Shown piece after piece: positions 17,179 through 26,615 of a stretch of 64,000 bases of DNA. The first letter of the stretch is position 1. Every line of letters starts with the position of its first letter. The DNA is from Mycobacteriales bacterium (lineage in GTDB: Bacteria > Actinomycetota > Actinomycetes > Mycobacteriales > JBJMIH01). The translations under genes and the position numbers were made by a program. Location: NCBI GenBank assembly GCA_045806985.1, contig JBJMIH010000166.1:7567-71566 (forward strand), given 5' to 3'. The notes below the pieces were generated by a model. That model was not told where the DNA came from. It ran no database searches and saw only the letters and a list, made by a program, of their open reading frames with translations.

Positions 17179-18156
17179 TCAGGAGTGCCGGCTGTGGCGG
17201 CAGCCCTTCGCCTTCTGGGTGCGCTTGATGCGCTGCTGCCTGGCGGTGTCGCCCGCCCGTTTCGCGCTGTCCATCAGTATCGCGAGCGCGTCACACACAC
17301 TAGCCGCGAGGCCTGCCGCAATCATCGCGGTGACCTCTTCCATGATGCCGGTGTCGGCGACGTTGCCGGAGCTGGCCATGTACACGCCGATGCCGATCAG
17401 CGCCACGCCGGCCACGGCCAGCAGGCCACCCACGATCCAGCCGGGCGGCCCGGTGGCGGCCTCCACCGGCGCGGCGGCCTCGGCGGTGCCGAGCAGGAAC
17501 ACGCCAGCGCCGCCCAGCGCCTCCTCGACCTGCCGCTGTACGGCGGGACCCGGCGGTACCGGGGGGAGCCGCACCGCGTACCGCTGGGCGACCGGCTCCT
17601 CGCCCGCGTCGTCGAGGTCCGCGCCGCTCTCCCTGGCCCTGGCAGCCGCGCGGGCCTCGGCCTCGGCGACGAAGGACGGCCCGAACCCGGACAGGACGGC
17701 GGCCTGCTGAGCGGGGTCGCCCGCGGCCGCGGCCTCCACCTGGCCGGCGCAGTCCAGCAGCGCCGCCAGGTCGGGCTGGGCCGCCTCGGTCATCCCGTCG
17801 CGCTCGGCCCGGGTGGCGCCGAAGGCGTGCAGCGCCCGCAGGTCGGCGGCGACCGCCCGGAGCTTGCCGGCGAGGTCACCGGCGCCGGCCGGCGGCGGGG
17901 CGGCGGCGCCGTCCTCGGCGTCCCGGCTGACCGGGGCTGCAGGTTCCGCGGCCTCACCGTCGTGGCAGGGGCACACGTCCGCCGGGGTGGCGCCGCAGCG
18001 CTGGGCGACCGGCGCGAGCGCGCCGGCGACCGCGCGGTTCCCGGCCAGCCGTTGCAGGGCGAGCAGCCTGTCGGCGCCGCCGCGGGGTGCGGCCGGCCGT
18101 GCCGGCGCGGGACCGTCCTGGCCGCCCGTCCGTACCGTCCGGTCGAAGGCGAGCAT
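17179..18156 (-). CDS. LQRxAGNxAV-motif protein with one TM helix and a short basic C-terminal module (toxin-like)
   Basis: ATG 18156 (AGAGAG upstream). LLALQRLAGNRAVAGAL at aa 31-47, then an Ala-rich linker and the TM segment GWIVGGLLAVAGVALIGIGVYMA. The tail is SGNVADTGIMEE...CDALAILMDSAKRAGDTARQQRIKRTQKAKGCRHSRHS. The 476-aa track ORF is trimmed because its upstream part overlaps another gene. Confidence 0.5.
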   Translation of the reverse strand: MLAFDRTVRTGGQDGPAPARPAAPRGGADRLLALQRLAGNRAVAGALAPVAQRCGATPADVCPCHDGEAAEPAAPVSRDAEDGAAAPPPAGAGDLAGKLRAVAADLRALHAFGATRAERDGMTEAAQPDLAALLDCAGQVEAAAAGDPAQQAAVLSGFGPSFVAEAEARAAARARESGADLDDAGEEPVAQRYAVRLPPVPPGPAVQRQVEEALGGAGVFLLGTAEAAAPVEAATGPPGWIVGGLLAVAGVALIGIGVYMASSGNVADTGIMEEVTAMIAAGLAASVCDALAILMDSAKRAGDTARQQRIKRTQKAKGCRHSRHS

Positions 18157-18248
18157 CTCTCTATAATTGGCCACTGGCGGGTGTACCCCACCGCGCCCGG
18201 GGCAGCGGCGAGGGCAGCGATTGGTGCCCGGACGTACCCGGGCGGCGG

Positions 18249-18566
18249 TCAGGGGTCGAACAGGCCGGGCAGGCCGTCGTCGCCGTCCCACTGCCGATAG
18301 AAGGCGCCGTCGATCGTGGCGAACAGCCGGACCAGCGGGTCGAGGACGTCCACGTACGGGGTGACGAAGGCCAGCGTGAGCAGCTGGACGGTGCCGGGCA
18401 CCGACACCAGGTAGTCGACGCCGTGCGCGCTCATGGTGGTACCGCCGCGCTCGTCGGTCACCGCCAGGTGGACGCGGGTACGGACGGCGCGCGGCACCAG
18501 GTCGACCGTGCGCTGCCCGTCGTCCACCTGCCCAAGCAGCACCCGGTGCGCCAGGTACGCGGCCAC
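18249..18566 (-). CDS. hypothetical small protein
   Basis: Coding-like frame VAAYLAHRVLLGQVDDGQRTVDLVPR...TVQLLTLAFVTPYVDVLDPLVRLFATIDGAFYRQWDGDDGLPGLFDP. The GTG 18566 start is uncertain. Confidence 0.4.
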   Translation of the reverse strand: MAAYLAHRVLLGQVDDGQRTVDLVPRAVRTRVHLAVTDERGGTTMSAHGVDYLVSVPGTVQLLTLAFVTPYVDVLDPLVRLFATIDGAFYRQWDGDDGLPGLFDP

Positions 18567-18723
18567 CAGCTCCGGATCGGCGGAGGAGTGCGCGGTGGGG
18601 GACCGGCACGATAGCGAAAAAGGGCCGCGGGCCTCCGGCAGGCCGGCCACCCCAGCTCGGCAGCGAGATGTCGCGGGCCGCCGCGGCATCCTGACCGAGC
18701 TCGGAGGCAGCCGGGAGATCTGA

Positions 18724-19128
18724 TCAGGCCGGTGATCCGGCGGTCGGGTAGGTGCCAACCGGTGGGTGCCGGCGCAGGGCGGGCGCGACCAGCCAGGTCG
18801 CGATCGCGGTGAGGACGATCCCGACGCCGGCCACGACCCGCCAGCCGGCGGGCACGTCGTCGACGAACAGCGCGGGGATGGCGAGCAGCGCGGAGAGCAG
18901 GCGCAGCACCACGGCACCGGCGAGCGCCTTGCGGCTGCCGCGCCACGCCAGCGCGAGCAGCCCCAGGCTGAGCAGCCCGAGGACGGTCGAGATGATCGCG
19001 ACCGTCAGCGGCGGGTTGTCGTCGGTCCTGAAGGCGAGGCTGACGGCGTCGCCCAGCGACAGCACGACGAAGATGATCATGCCGGTGGTGTACGCGGCGG
19101 CATGGCGCGGTGACGTTTCCTGTCTCAT
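18724..19128 (-). CDS. integral membrane protein (about 4 TM)
   Basis: ATG 19128 preceded by GGGAGG. Four hydrophobic segments. A weak hairpin plus T-run lies at ~18617-18635 downstream on the minus strand. Confidence 0.6.
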   Translation of the reverse strand: MRQETSPRHAAAYTTGMIIFVVLSLGDAVSLAFRTDDNPPLTVAIISTVLGLLSLGLLALAWRGSRKALAGAVVLRLLSALLAIPALFVDDVPAGWRVVAGVGIVLTAIATWLVAPALRRHPPVGTYPTAGSPA

Positions 19129-19304
19129 ATCCTGCCTCCCGATCAACTGTGATGAACACGACTCACGTCCATTCTGGTGAGGCGGCACCGCGAGCACCAC
19201 CGCCACCAGGGGGAGCGGGTTGCGACTTCTGCGGGTGCCTGACTAGCTGAGGACAGGAAGTTCCGGCAGGCCCTGGTCGAGGCCGAGGGAGACCAGCGCC
19301 CAAC

Positions 19305-19501
19305 TCCCGAGGCGATCACTGCGGGGGTATCGATGAGCAAGCCGCACTCTGTAACGCCAAAGCCACCAGCCTCCGCGGCGGACTTGATCGCACACGTGGT
19401 CATCTCTGTGGCGGGGCCGGCCAACTTCTCGGCCTGTCGCGGTCATCCGCATACCAGGCGGTTCAGTGAGGCGAAATCCCGAGCGGACGGATAGGGCGAA
19501 G
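19305..19501 (+). repeat. direct repeat copy B (excisionase-like segment)
   Basis: Same orientation as 6815..7012. Carries a 1-nt deletion (GCGGAGGCCGG becomes GCGGGGCCGG). Confidence 0.8.
19333..19494 (+). pseudogene. degenerate excisionase-like gene (frameshifted copy)
   Basis: MSKPHSVTPKPPASAADLIAHVVISVA matches the start of 6843 (MREPHSVTPKPPASAADLTAHVVISVA). The 1-nt deletion then destroys the HTH, and TAG follows at 19492-19494. Confidence 0.6.
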
Positions 19502-19954
19502 TAACTCCGTCGCCAGTCCGTCTGAGGGTTAGCAAGTTCAACTGACGTTCGCCACATGAGGTGCAACGGCAAGGCTCCAGAGTCTCGAAGAACTCGCCAT
19601 AAAGGCAGCGACTTGGACTTGCCGCGATCCCCTGGCTTGGGCCGCACGGGAGAGGCAGGTCACCCGGTGGCGCGGTCGGATACTCGATTTGTCGGCCTCC
19701 ACGTCCAATTGGCGTGACGATGGCTGCCGGCCGTGCTGGATGTGGTCGCGAGGGATCGGCGGACGGCTTTTAGGTCGGCTACGTCGGTGAGGACGGTACG
19801 CAGCACCGGCTGCCGTTGACGCCCGTGTGGGCAGTGCGGTTCGAGGCGATGGCACCGGTGCGGCGGTTCATGTCGCGGAAGGGCTGCCGAGTCAGGGCAT
19901 TCGGGTAGCTTGTGGGTCATTGACCCGGACCGTGAGCCAGGAAGAGGTGAGGTC

Positions 19955-21187
19955 GTGAACCTGGCCGAGACGTTTTCTGCGATGCCAAACGCGACCAGGC
20001 TCGGTGACCTGCCCGGGGCGTGGCACTGGTCGAACGCGCCGGGCTTCGACATGAGTGCCGTGGTGTCTGCCGACGGCAAGCACGCCTTCCAGGCATACGC
20101 ACTCGACTCGTTCGACGAGAGTCTCGCGATCTCGATCCTGTCCTTCGCCAAGGACCACAGTGCCGACCTGATCGCTGCCCCGGTGCGCCCGCTGGTGCTG
20201 GTCGAGGGGTTCGCCCATCCCGGCTACGCTTTCGACGCCGTGGTGGCCGTCGGACCGGCCATCCACCGCTACTACCCCGAAGATGCTCAGCTGCGCCTGG
20301 CGATCCGCGCATTGATGCCGGCGTTCCGGTGCGAGTTCACCGGCGATGAGGACGAGGCTGACGCCGAGTACCGGTACAGCCGCGCGGCGGGTGTGCCCGG
20401 GACCAGATGGGGACGTGAACCCCGCCCCTTCCTGAAAATGCGTTTCCGTGGGGACGACGGTCGTCTCCCGGCAGAACGAGGGTTCGCCGGGCCCAAGCTG
20501 CTGGTGTCCTGGATAACCAGGCACGAGGGCAACGCCGAGCTTTTCGTCGAGGTCGAGAACTACCGACACGACGTGTACACCGTCGAATGGGCGGGCACCT
20601 GGACCCTCACCGCCCCAGGCTCAGCGCCTCGCCCAGTCACCCTCGACGACCTCCTCGACACGTTGAAGTCCGCGGCATACGGTCCAAACATCGCCGCCGG
20701 CACAAGCGAGTTCCCTGGCTGGACACCGCACAATCACCCTGCGGATCACGACCGGCCGAAGCCGCGGATCACGATGGTTCCCGCGACCGCACCGGTACTT
20801 CGGGCGTTCGACGCGGATGGACGGACGCTGGACGACCCGACCGACACCGAAGTTCACGACCTCTTCGCGGACCTGAACGCCCGCTGCCCGTTCGCGATCG
20901 TGGAACGGCTTGACCGCGAACCGGCAGACCAGTTCTACTTCCAGATCCACCTCGACTACGTCGGAGACCGAGACGCGGACGCCGGTGACGAGGTCGACGT
21001 CGACTACGATGTCGAGTTCCGCGACGGCGGTCCGGACAACCATTACCGTGCCAGGATCAGCGGCCAGCAGCCGTTCACCATTCCCGGGGATCTCTTGCGC
21101 AAGGTGTACTGCGCATGGCGAACCGGGGACCCCGAGCTGATGCACCTGCTGCCGTGGAGGTTGCTGAACCTTGACGGTGCGCAGTGA
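19955..21187 (+). CDS. hypothetical protein
   Basis: GTG 19955 preceded by GAGGTGAGG. 410 aa, acidic, with no signal peptide or recognised domain. Confidence 0.55.
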   Translation: MNLAETFSAMPNATRLGDLPGAWHWSNAPGFDMSAVVSADGKHAFQAYALDSFDESLAISILSFAKDHSADLIAAPVRPLVLVEGFAHPGYAFDAVVAVGPAIHRYYPEDAQLRLAIRALMPAFRCEFTGDEDEADAEYRYSRAAGVPGTRWGREPRPFLKMRFRGDDGRLPAERGFAGPKLLVSWITRHEGNAELFVEVENYRHDVYTVEWAGTWTLTAPGSAPRPVTLDDLLDTLKSAAYGPNIAAGTSEFPGWTPHNHPADHDRPKPRITMVPATAPVLRAFDADGRTLDDPTDTEVHDLFADLNARCPFAIVERLDREPADQFYFQIHLDYVGDRDADAGDEVDVDYDVEFRDGGPDNHYRARISGQQPFTIPGDLLRKVYCAWRTGDPELMHLLPWRLLNLDGAQ

Positions 21188-21479
21188 TAGGACCGCATCG
21201 CTCGCCTGCTTTCCGGCCATAACCATCTAGATGGACTCGTCTGGTAGGTCGTCGTCTTCGCGCCTACACGTGAGCCAGCTCAAGTCCGTCGTCGTCCACT
21301 AGGCGGGACGGGCGGTCGGTCCGAGGCGTCCTCGTTGGTGCGTACCGCACGAAGGTCGTGCTTCCGCACGCGGCTCTGCGTTGCGGAATCCGGCTCTACG
21401 GGATCAAGGCGCCGCTGACGCGGCGCACCGCCCGGCCGCCGGACGGACAGAAGCGGCGCTCGCCGGCCGCCGCGGTGGG

Positions 21480-22169
21480 TCAGATCGGGCCAGCACAGGC
21501 TCTCTGGCCGTCGACCGATCCGAGCGGGGTGATGAAGAAGGTGAAGGTGGTGGCGGACGGGCAGGTCAATCCGCCGACTTGCAGGACCCGGTAGGCCGGC
21601 TGGTGCAGGCCGGCGGAGGCGCAGCGCACCTCGGCGACGGACTGCCGGCTCAGGCCGGTGCCGGGGTCGGGTGATCCGGCTTCCGCCGCGTACACGCAGT
21701 CGTCGACGACGATGTCTCCGCCGCCTCCGCCGGGCTCAGTCAGATGTGGGCCGTTCAGCGTGCGCAGGCAGGCGAAGTTCGGCCCGGTGCCAGCGTTGGT
21801 CTCCACCACCGGCTGGGCGTCGAGGGCGAGGGCGAAGTCGGCGTCGTCATCGTTGCAGTCATAGCTGTACAGACCACTGACGTTCCTGCTGGCGGCCCTG
21901 TCGGCTTTGATCATCCAGGCTTCGGCGGCTGGGTCGTCGCAGGCGACGGGGTGGTAGGTGCCGGGTGAGGTGGGTGCGTAGCAGCGGGCGCCGGAGGGCG
22001 GTCCTGTGGGCGGGACGGGACTCGAGGCAGGCTCGACGCCGCGGTGGTAGCTGTTGGTGGAGTCGCTGGTGCAGGCCGCGGTGGCGAGTAGGCCGGCCAG
22101 CACGATGGGAACCGCCGAAACCCTCAGAACCGGGTGGATGTCGCCCGGCTGGCCGTGGATGAATCCCAA
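21480..22169 (-). CDS. Cys-rich lipoprotein
   Basis: TTG 22169 with GGAGGA 7 nt upstream. Lipobox LLATAACTSD. Multiple conserved-looking Cys in the mature part. Confidence 0.55.
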   Translation of the reverse strand: MGFIHGQPGDIHPVLRVSAVPIVLAGLLATAACTSDSTNSYHRGVEPASSPVPPTGPPSGARCYAPTSPGTYHPVACDDPAAEAWMIKADRAASRNVSGLYSYDCNDDDADFALALDAQPVVETNAGTGPNFACLRTLNGPHLTEPGGGGGDIVVDDCVYAAEAGSPDPGTGLSRQSVAEVRCASAGLHQPAYRVLQVGGLTCPSATTFTFFITPLGSVDGQRACAGPI

Positions 22170-22186
22170 TGAACTGTCCTCCGTCC

Positions 22187-22801
22187 CTAGTCGCGGTGTC
22201 GGGGGTACTCGTGGATGAGGGCTCGGACATCCTCGACCGGTTCGTCGGCCGCGGCCCACTTGGCGCGGATGCGGTCCAGGTAGGACCGGACGGTGGGGAT
22301 GGCGATGCCCATGCGTCGCGCCGTGGCCGCCAGGGTGCTGCCGGTACCGTAGAGGTAGAGGACCTGCAGCTCCTGCGGGGACAGCTCGGGCGGGTCGTCG
22401 TTGATGACGCTGATCAGGTCGGTGGTGAGGGCGAGGCCTCCGCTGTGGACGGCGTGGATGGCGTCGACGAGTTTCGCGCTGTCGTCGTCCTTGACCAGGT
22501 AGCCGGACGCGCCGGCCCGGATGGTGGCCCGCATGTGGCGGCGGTCGCCGTGCACGGAGATGACCAGCACCCGTGTCCCGGTTTCGCGCAGCGCCGTGAC
22601 GTTGGCGGCCGGTGTGGTGCCGTCTTCCAGCCGCAGGTCGAGGAGTACCACGTCGACCGGGGCCGTGCTGTCCTGGCGGTCGAGGTAGTCGCGCACGCTG
22701 GTGCCGGCGTAGACGAGGTCGATGTCGGCGTTCCCGGCCAGCAGGGCCCGCAGGCCCGCCGGTACCAGCTTGTCGTTGTCGATGACGGCCACCCGGATCA
22801 T
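22187..22801 (-). CDS. NarL/LuxR-family response regulator
   Basis: MIRVAVIDND...VVLLDLRLEDG receiver domain plus a C-terminal LuxR HTH (LSPQELQVLYLYGTGSTLAATARRMGIAIPTVRSYLDRIRAK). ATGA overlap with the kinase stop. Confidence 0.85.
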   Translation of the reverse strand: MIRVAVIDNDKLVPAGLRALLAGNADIDLVYAGTSVRDYLDRQDSTAPVDVVLLDLRLEDGTTPAANVTALRETGTRVLVISVHGDRRHMRATIRAGASGYLVKDDDSAKLVDAIHAVHSGGLALTTDLISVINDDPPELSPQELQVLYLYGTGSTLAATARRMGIAIPTVRSYLDRIRAKWAAADEPVEDVRALIHEYPRHRD

Positions 22802-24048
22802 CGTGGCCACCGCAGGTCGACCCGGGTGCCCTGACCGGGGTGGCTGTCCACGGTGGCCGCGCCGCCGAGCTCGTCCATGCGGTCGATGATCGAGTGCCGG
22901 ATGCCGTAGCCGGGTCCGATACTGCGTGGATCGAAGCCGCTGCCCTGGTCGACGATGGCCACCAGGACGGTCGGGCGCTCCGGCTCCCCGGTGGCGCGGG
23001 CGGTCACCCGCGCCCGGGTGACCCCGGCATGGGTGACGACGTTGCTCAGCGCCTCTGCCGTCGCGAGGCGCAGGCCCTCGGCGACCTGGGAGGGCAGGTC
23101 GTCGGGCAGGTTGGCGAAGTGGTACTCCACCCGCAGCCCGCAGGCCGCGCTGTCGTTGCCGGCCTCGATCAGGGCCAGGGACAGGTCGGTGAGGGTACCG
23201 CCCGGCTCGTCGGGTGTGGCGCCGCGCAGCACGTTGACGCTGACCGCGCACTGGCGGCGCACCTGCGGATCGGGGTGCCCGGCCGGCCCAGGCCCGGCGA
23301 TCGCGGTGAGGATCCGCAGTGGCCCGTCGTGCAGGGCCCGGTACCGGCGGACCTGTTCCTGGAAGTGGCGCTGACGTTCCTCGTGGTGGGCACGGTGGGC
23401 GGCCACCCGCTCCCGTGCCGCCACGACCTGTTCGGTGGCGGTGGCGAAGAGGTGGGCCAGGTCGCGCAGCCGGGTGATGAACAGGTAGCAGCACCAGGCC
23501 GCGCCCACCTGCCAGGCCACGGTGCTGACGTCGGAGGTGACGGACGCGCCGTCGCTCATCGCCGGCGCGTGCGCCAACCCGTACGCGACAGCCAGCGCCA
23601 CGCAGCACGCGGTGGTCCGCCACGCCGAGGCGCTGATCAAAGCGACTCCGACCGCCACAGCGACCGTGGTCGGTTCGAGGTCGGCGTTGGCCACCAGATC
23701 GTCGAACGCCTCCGTGCGGGCGGACCAGGACACCGCGACGACTCCGACCGCGGTCACCGCGACGTCCGTACCCAGCGCCCATCCGGGTACCGGGTCGCGG
23801 CGCCACACCAGCAGCAGAAACACCGCACTCCATCCGCCCAGGCAAACGTAGGTGACGCCGGCCAGCGGCGCCCAGGTGTATCCGTGCGCCTGCACCAGCG
23901 CCACGACGCTCAACGCGACCATGCCGAGCGTGACGAGCCGGGATGCCGCGACCACGGCCGCCACGACCCGCCGGATCCGCTGGTGCAGGTCCACCACCCG
24001 TGGCAGGTCCGGGTGCTCGTCCGGTTCCGTGAACGCCTGATCGAGCAT
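22798..24048 (-). CDS. sensor histidine kinase (HisKA_3 type)
   Basis: Five or so N-terminal TM segments, H-box ALHDGPLRILTAI, and an ATPase domain (EALSNVVTHAG..VDQGSGFDP..GYGIRHSI). ATG 24048 chosen; upstream alternatives exist. Confidence 0.8.
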   Translation of the reverse strand: MLDQAFTEPDEHPDLPRVVDLHQRIRRVVAAVVAASRLVTLGMVALSVVALVQAHGYTWAPLAGVTYVCLGGWSAVFLLLVWRRDPVPGWALGTDVAVTAVGVVAVSWSARTEAFDDLVANADLEPTTVAVAVGVALISASAWRTTACCVALAVAYGLAHAPAMSDGASVTSDVSTVAWQVGAAWCCYLFITRLRDLAHLFATATEQVVAARERVAAHRAHHEERQRHFQEQVRRYRALHDGPLRILTAIAGPGPAGHPDPQVRRQCAVSVNVLRGATPDEPGGTLTDLSLALIEAGNDSAACGLRVEYHFANLPDDLPSQVAEGLRLATAEALSNVVTHAGVTRARVTARATGEPERPTVLVAIVDQGSGFDPRSIGPGYGIRHSIIDRMDELGGAATVDSHPGQGTRVDLRWPR

Positions 24049-24221
24049 GGCATCAGCATCCGCGCGCGGTCCATGCCGCACCAGTGCGGCATGGACCGCG
24101 CGGAGGACCGAGTGGATCGTGGAAGCGGGCCATGGTTCGCCGTAGGACAGACCGCGTGCCGCGGGCCGCACCGGGTGGGGGAGGCGGCGGCGCGGCGTTG
24201 AGGGAAAGGGGCGACACACTG

Positions 24222-25169
24222 ATGAGAAAGGTGAGGCGGCTCCGGCACCCGGCGTTCGCCCGGCGGTTGCTGCCGTCGATGGCGGTGCTGGCCATCGGCA
24301 CGCTGGCACCGGCGACGGCCACGGCGACCGCTGCGGTGGCTGACACGGGCGGTACGAGCGCCGTGGCAACCGCGGCCGACGTCGCCCAGCAGACCGGGCC
24401 CGGAGGCGGTCTGAGCTTGTCCGGTAGCGGCTCCGTGTCGGTGACCCTGCCGAACGGCCAGAGCTTCCAGACGGAACCGGACAACAGCTACTCGGTACCG
24501 ATGGGAACCACCATCACCCTGCCGTCGGGGAACAACCTTCCGACCGACGAGCCCGGCCAGTTCGCCCTTCCCGAGGGCGTGCACATCGAGATCACGACGC
24601 CGGAGAACATCCCGATGTCCGAGCTCGAGGGGTTCGAGGTCGTCGATGACCCGGTGGTGACGGACCCGCCGGGCGAGGCACCGGCGGAGCCGGCGGAACC
24701 GGCGGAACCGGCGGTCTCCGCACCCGACGGTATGTCGGTCGCTCCGGGCATGGCCGAGACCGGCTCGCCCACCGCCACCGACGAAACGGCCGCCGACCCC
24801 ACCGAGGATGCCGACGGCGCTACGCCGGACAGTGCCGCCAGTACCGATGACGCCAGCGATCCGGGCAGTCCCGGTGACCCGGCGGAAGGCGGCGACGCGG
24901 GCTCTGCCGTCGAGGCGGGTAACCCTGCTGATGCCACCGACGCGAGCAGCACCGGCGACACCAGCGGGTCCAGCGATGCCAGCGAGGCCAGTGATTCCGG
25001 CGGTTCCAGCAGCACCAGCGAAGCAGGGGACACCAGCAGTGGCGGCGACACCAGCGACGCTGGCAGCCCGAGCGGCGCCAGCAGCGGTGGTGACGACGGC
25101 GGCGGTGGCGACAGCGGCAGCAGCGCCGGCGGCGGGGACGGCGGCGGGGACGGCGGAGGCAGCGACTGA
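24222..25169 (+). CDS. secreted acidic low-complexity protein
   Basis: ATG 24222 after GAGGGAAAGGGG. Signal peptide with AVLAIGTLAPATATA. The C-terminal half is Asp/Ser/Gly/Thr-rich (GDTSGSSDASEASDSGG...). Divergent from the kinase. Confidence 0.6.
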   Translation: MRKVRRLRHPAFARRLLPSMAVLAIGTLAPATATATAAVADTGGTSAVATAADVAQQTGPGGGLSLSGSGSVSVTLPNGQSFQTEPDNSYSVPMGTTITLPSGNNLPTDEPGQFALPEGVHIEITTPENIPMSELEGFEVVDDPVVTDPPGEAPAEPAEPAEPAVSAPDGMSVAPGMAETGSPTATDETAADPTEDADGATPDSAASTDDASDPGSPGDPAEGGDAGSAVEAGNPADATDASSTGDTSGSSDASEASDSGGSSSTSEAGDTSSGGDTSDAGSPSGASSGGDDGGGGDSGSSAGGGDGGGDGGGSD

Positions 25170-25199
25170 GACCAGTTCGCCTACCGCGTATCCGCTACG

Positions 25200-25228
25200 G
25201 AGGAGGAGCCGGAGATCGGCTCCTCCTC
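25200..25228 (+). terminator. GC-rich hairpin (11-bp stem GAGGAGGAGCC/GGCTCCTCCTC, 7-nt loop)
   Basis: Read directly, 30 nt after the stop at 25169. No U-tract, as is common in actinobacteria. Confidence 0.45.
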
Positions 25229-25304
25229 GTCCGCGGTGGTCGGTGGTGTGTCGACAGTGTGAAAATGACTTGCGTGCGGTACCGCGCTGTCCGGTAATCG
25301 TTGG

Positions 25305-25943
25305 GTGATCGCCGACGATGTGATGCAGGCTGTCAGCCTTGCCCGGGAAACTCTGGCCACGGCCACCCAGCTGGACTGGCAGCGACCCGCCGGTGGGTTG
25401 GAGTGGAGTTGCTGGGAGACGGTCGAGCACATGAGTGACGGCCTGTTCGCCTACACCGCCCAGCTCGGGCCGGCCAAGCCTTCGCTGAGTACCTATGTGC
25501 CGTTCGTCTGGCAACGACGTCGTGACGGGGGTCCGCCGTTGACGGTCTTCGTCGACCCGGCCGAGGGTCCGTCGGCGCTGCTGCAGGTCTTCGAGGCGTG
25601 CGGGACGATGCTGGCCGCCGTGGTCAGTTTCGTGCCGCCGGACCGCCGGTCGTTTCACAGCTACGGCCCCTCCGATGCCAGCGGGTTCGCCGCCATGGGC
25701 GTGGTTGAGGTGCTGGTCCACATGCACGACGTGGCCGCCGGGTTGGGCCTGTCGTGGTCACCGCCGGGCGAGCTGTGCGCCAAGGCGCTGCGCCGGTTGT
25801 TTCCGGCCGCACCGACGACCGCGGAACCGTGGCCGACGCTGCTGTGGGCGACCGGTCGTGCCGATCTGCCCGGCCAACCAGCCCAGCCGCCGTCCTGGAC
25901 CTGGGACGCCACCCCTCGACCCGCGGACACCGACCCAGCCTGA
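25305..25943 (+). CDS. DinB/MDMPI_N-like (mycothiol maleylpyruvate isomerase N-terminal domain) family protein
   Basis: 212 aa. WSCWETVEHMSDGL ... VEVLVHMHDVAAGLG is the four-helix DinB-like His pattern. Confidence 0.55.
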   Translation: MIADDVMQAVSLARETLATATQLDWQRPAGGLEWSCWETVEHMSDGLFAYTAQLGPAKPSLSTYVPFVWQRRRDGGPPLTVFVDPAEGPSALLQVFEACGTMLAAVVSFVPPDRRSFHSYGPSDASGFAAMGVVEVLVHMHDVAAGLGLSWSPPGELCAKALRRLFPAAPTTAEPWPTLLWATGRADLPGQPAQPPSWTWDATPRPADTDPA

Positions 25944-25990
25944 CCGGGGCGAGGTGCGCGAATCTGTCGCAGCGCGTGCGGTGTCGACGG

Positions 25991-26548
25991 TCAGTGCGCG
26001 ATCTTGACCAACTGCCGGCCGGCGAGCTCGTTCAGCCGCCGCGCGGACGGCTCATCGAGGTAGAACAGCACCATGGCCTGACCGTTGTCCACGGCGTAGA
26101 ACCGCCGCTCGTCCCGCTCCAGCAGGCCCATCAGCCGCTCGACGACCTTCCAGTCCGCCCAGTCATCGTTGACCTCGATGTCCCAGCGTTGGCGCCGGCC
26201 GTCGACGGTGTACTCGATCCATGCCTGCCTGGCATCGATGTCGACGTGGTCACGTACCTCGGTCAGCGCCTCGGGCCGGCCGGCCACCCGGGACAACTGC
26301 CTGGCGATCTCGACGTAGGCGCCCGGGCCGTCAACGCACTCGGTGTCGAAGTTCCACGCCCGTTCACAACACCAGCGACCCCACGGTTCGGCCTCGACCT
26401 GGCTGCCGAACATGAACAGCAGCAGGCCGAACGGCTCCGCCTCGTAGTCCTCCCGCGGGAACGAGTACAGCAGATCCTGCACGTCGACATCGGCGGCGAG
26501 TTCGAGCCCCAGCCTGGCCAGCGCGGCGAGCTGCTCTTCCAGTGTCAC
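25991..26548 (-). CDS. hypothetical cytoplasmic protein
   Basis: 185-aa acidic ORF with good coding character, 67 nt downstream of the kinase gene on the same strand. Confidence 0.55.
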   Translation of the reverse strand: MTLEEQLAALARLGLELAADVDVQDLLYSFPREDYEAEPFGLLLFMFGSQVEAEPWGRWCCERAWNFDTECVDGPGAYVEIARQLSRVAGRPEALTEVRDHVDIDARQAWIEYTVDGRRQRWDIEVNDDWADWKVVERLMGLLERDERRFYAVDNGQAMVLFYLDEPSARRLNELAGRQLVKIAH

Positions 26549-26615
26549 GCCGGTGGATGGTAGTCGACGGCGGCCCGTCGGACGGGGTGGCGGCCGTGCC
26601 GCTGGTGACTGGTCG

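Noticed and set aside
19538-19900. A possible decayed integrase C-terminus on the minus strand after xis copy B (fragments such as FRDMNRRTGAIAS and LKAVRRSL...HRH).
   Set aside because: The matches to the R-H-R-Y region need several frame changes and rest on a handful of residues. This is not distinguishable from chance without a database search.
24670-24720. Short tandem DNA repeats (GCGGAGCCGGCGGAACCGGCGGAACCGGCG), considered as a possible CRISPR or VNTR.
   Set aside because: They are in-frame codon repeats encoding PAEPAEPAEP inside the secreted acidic protein. There is no spacer/repeat organisation anywhere in the window.
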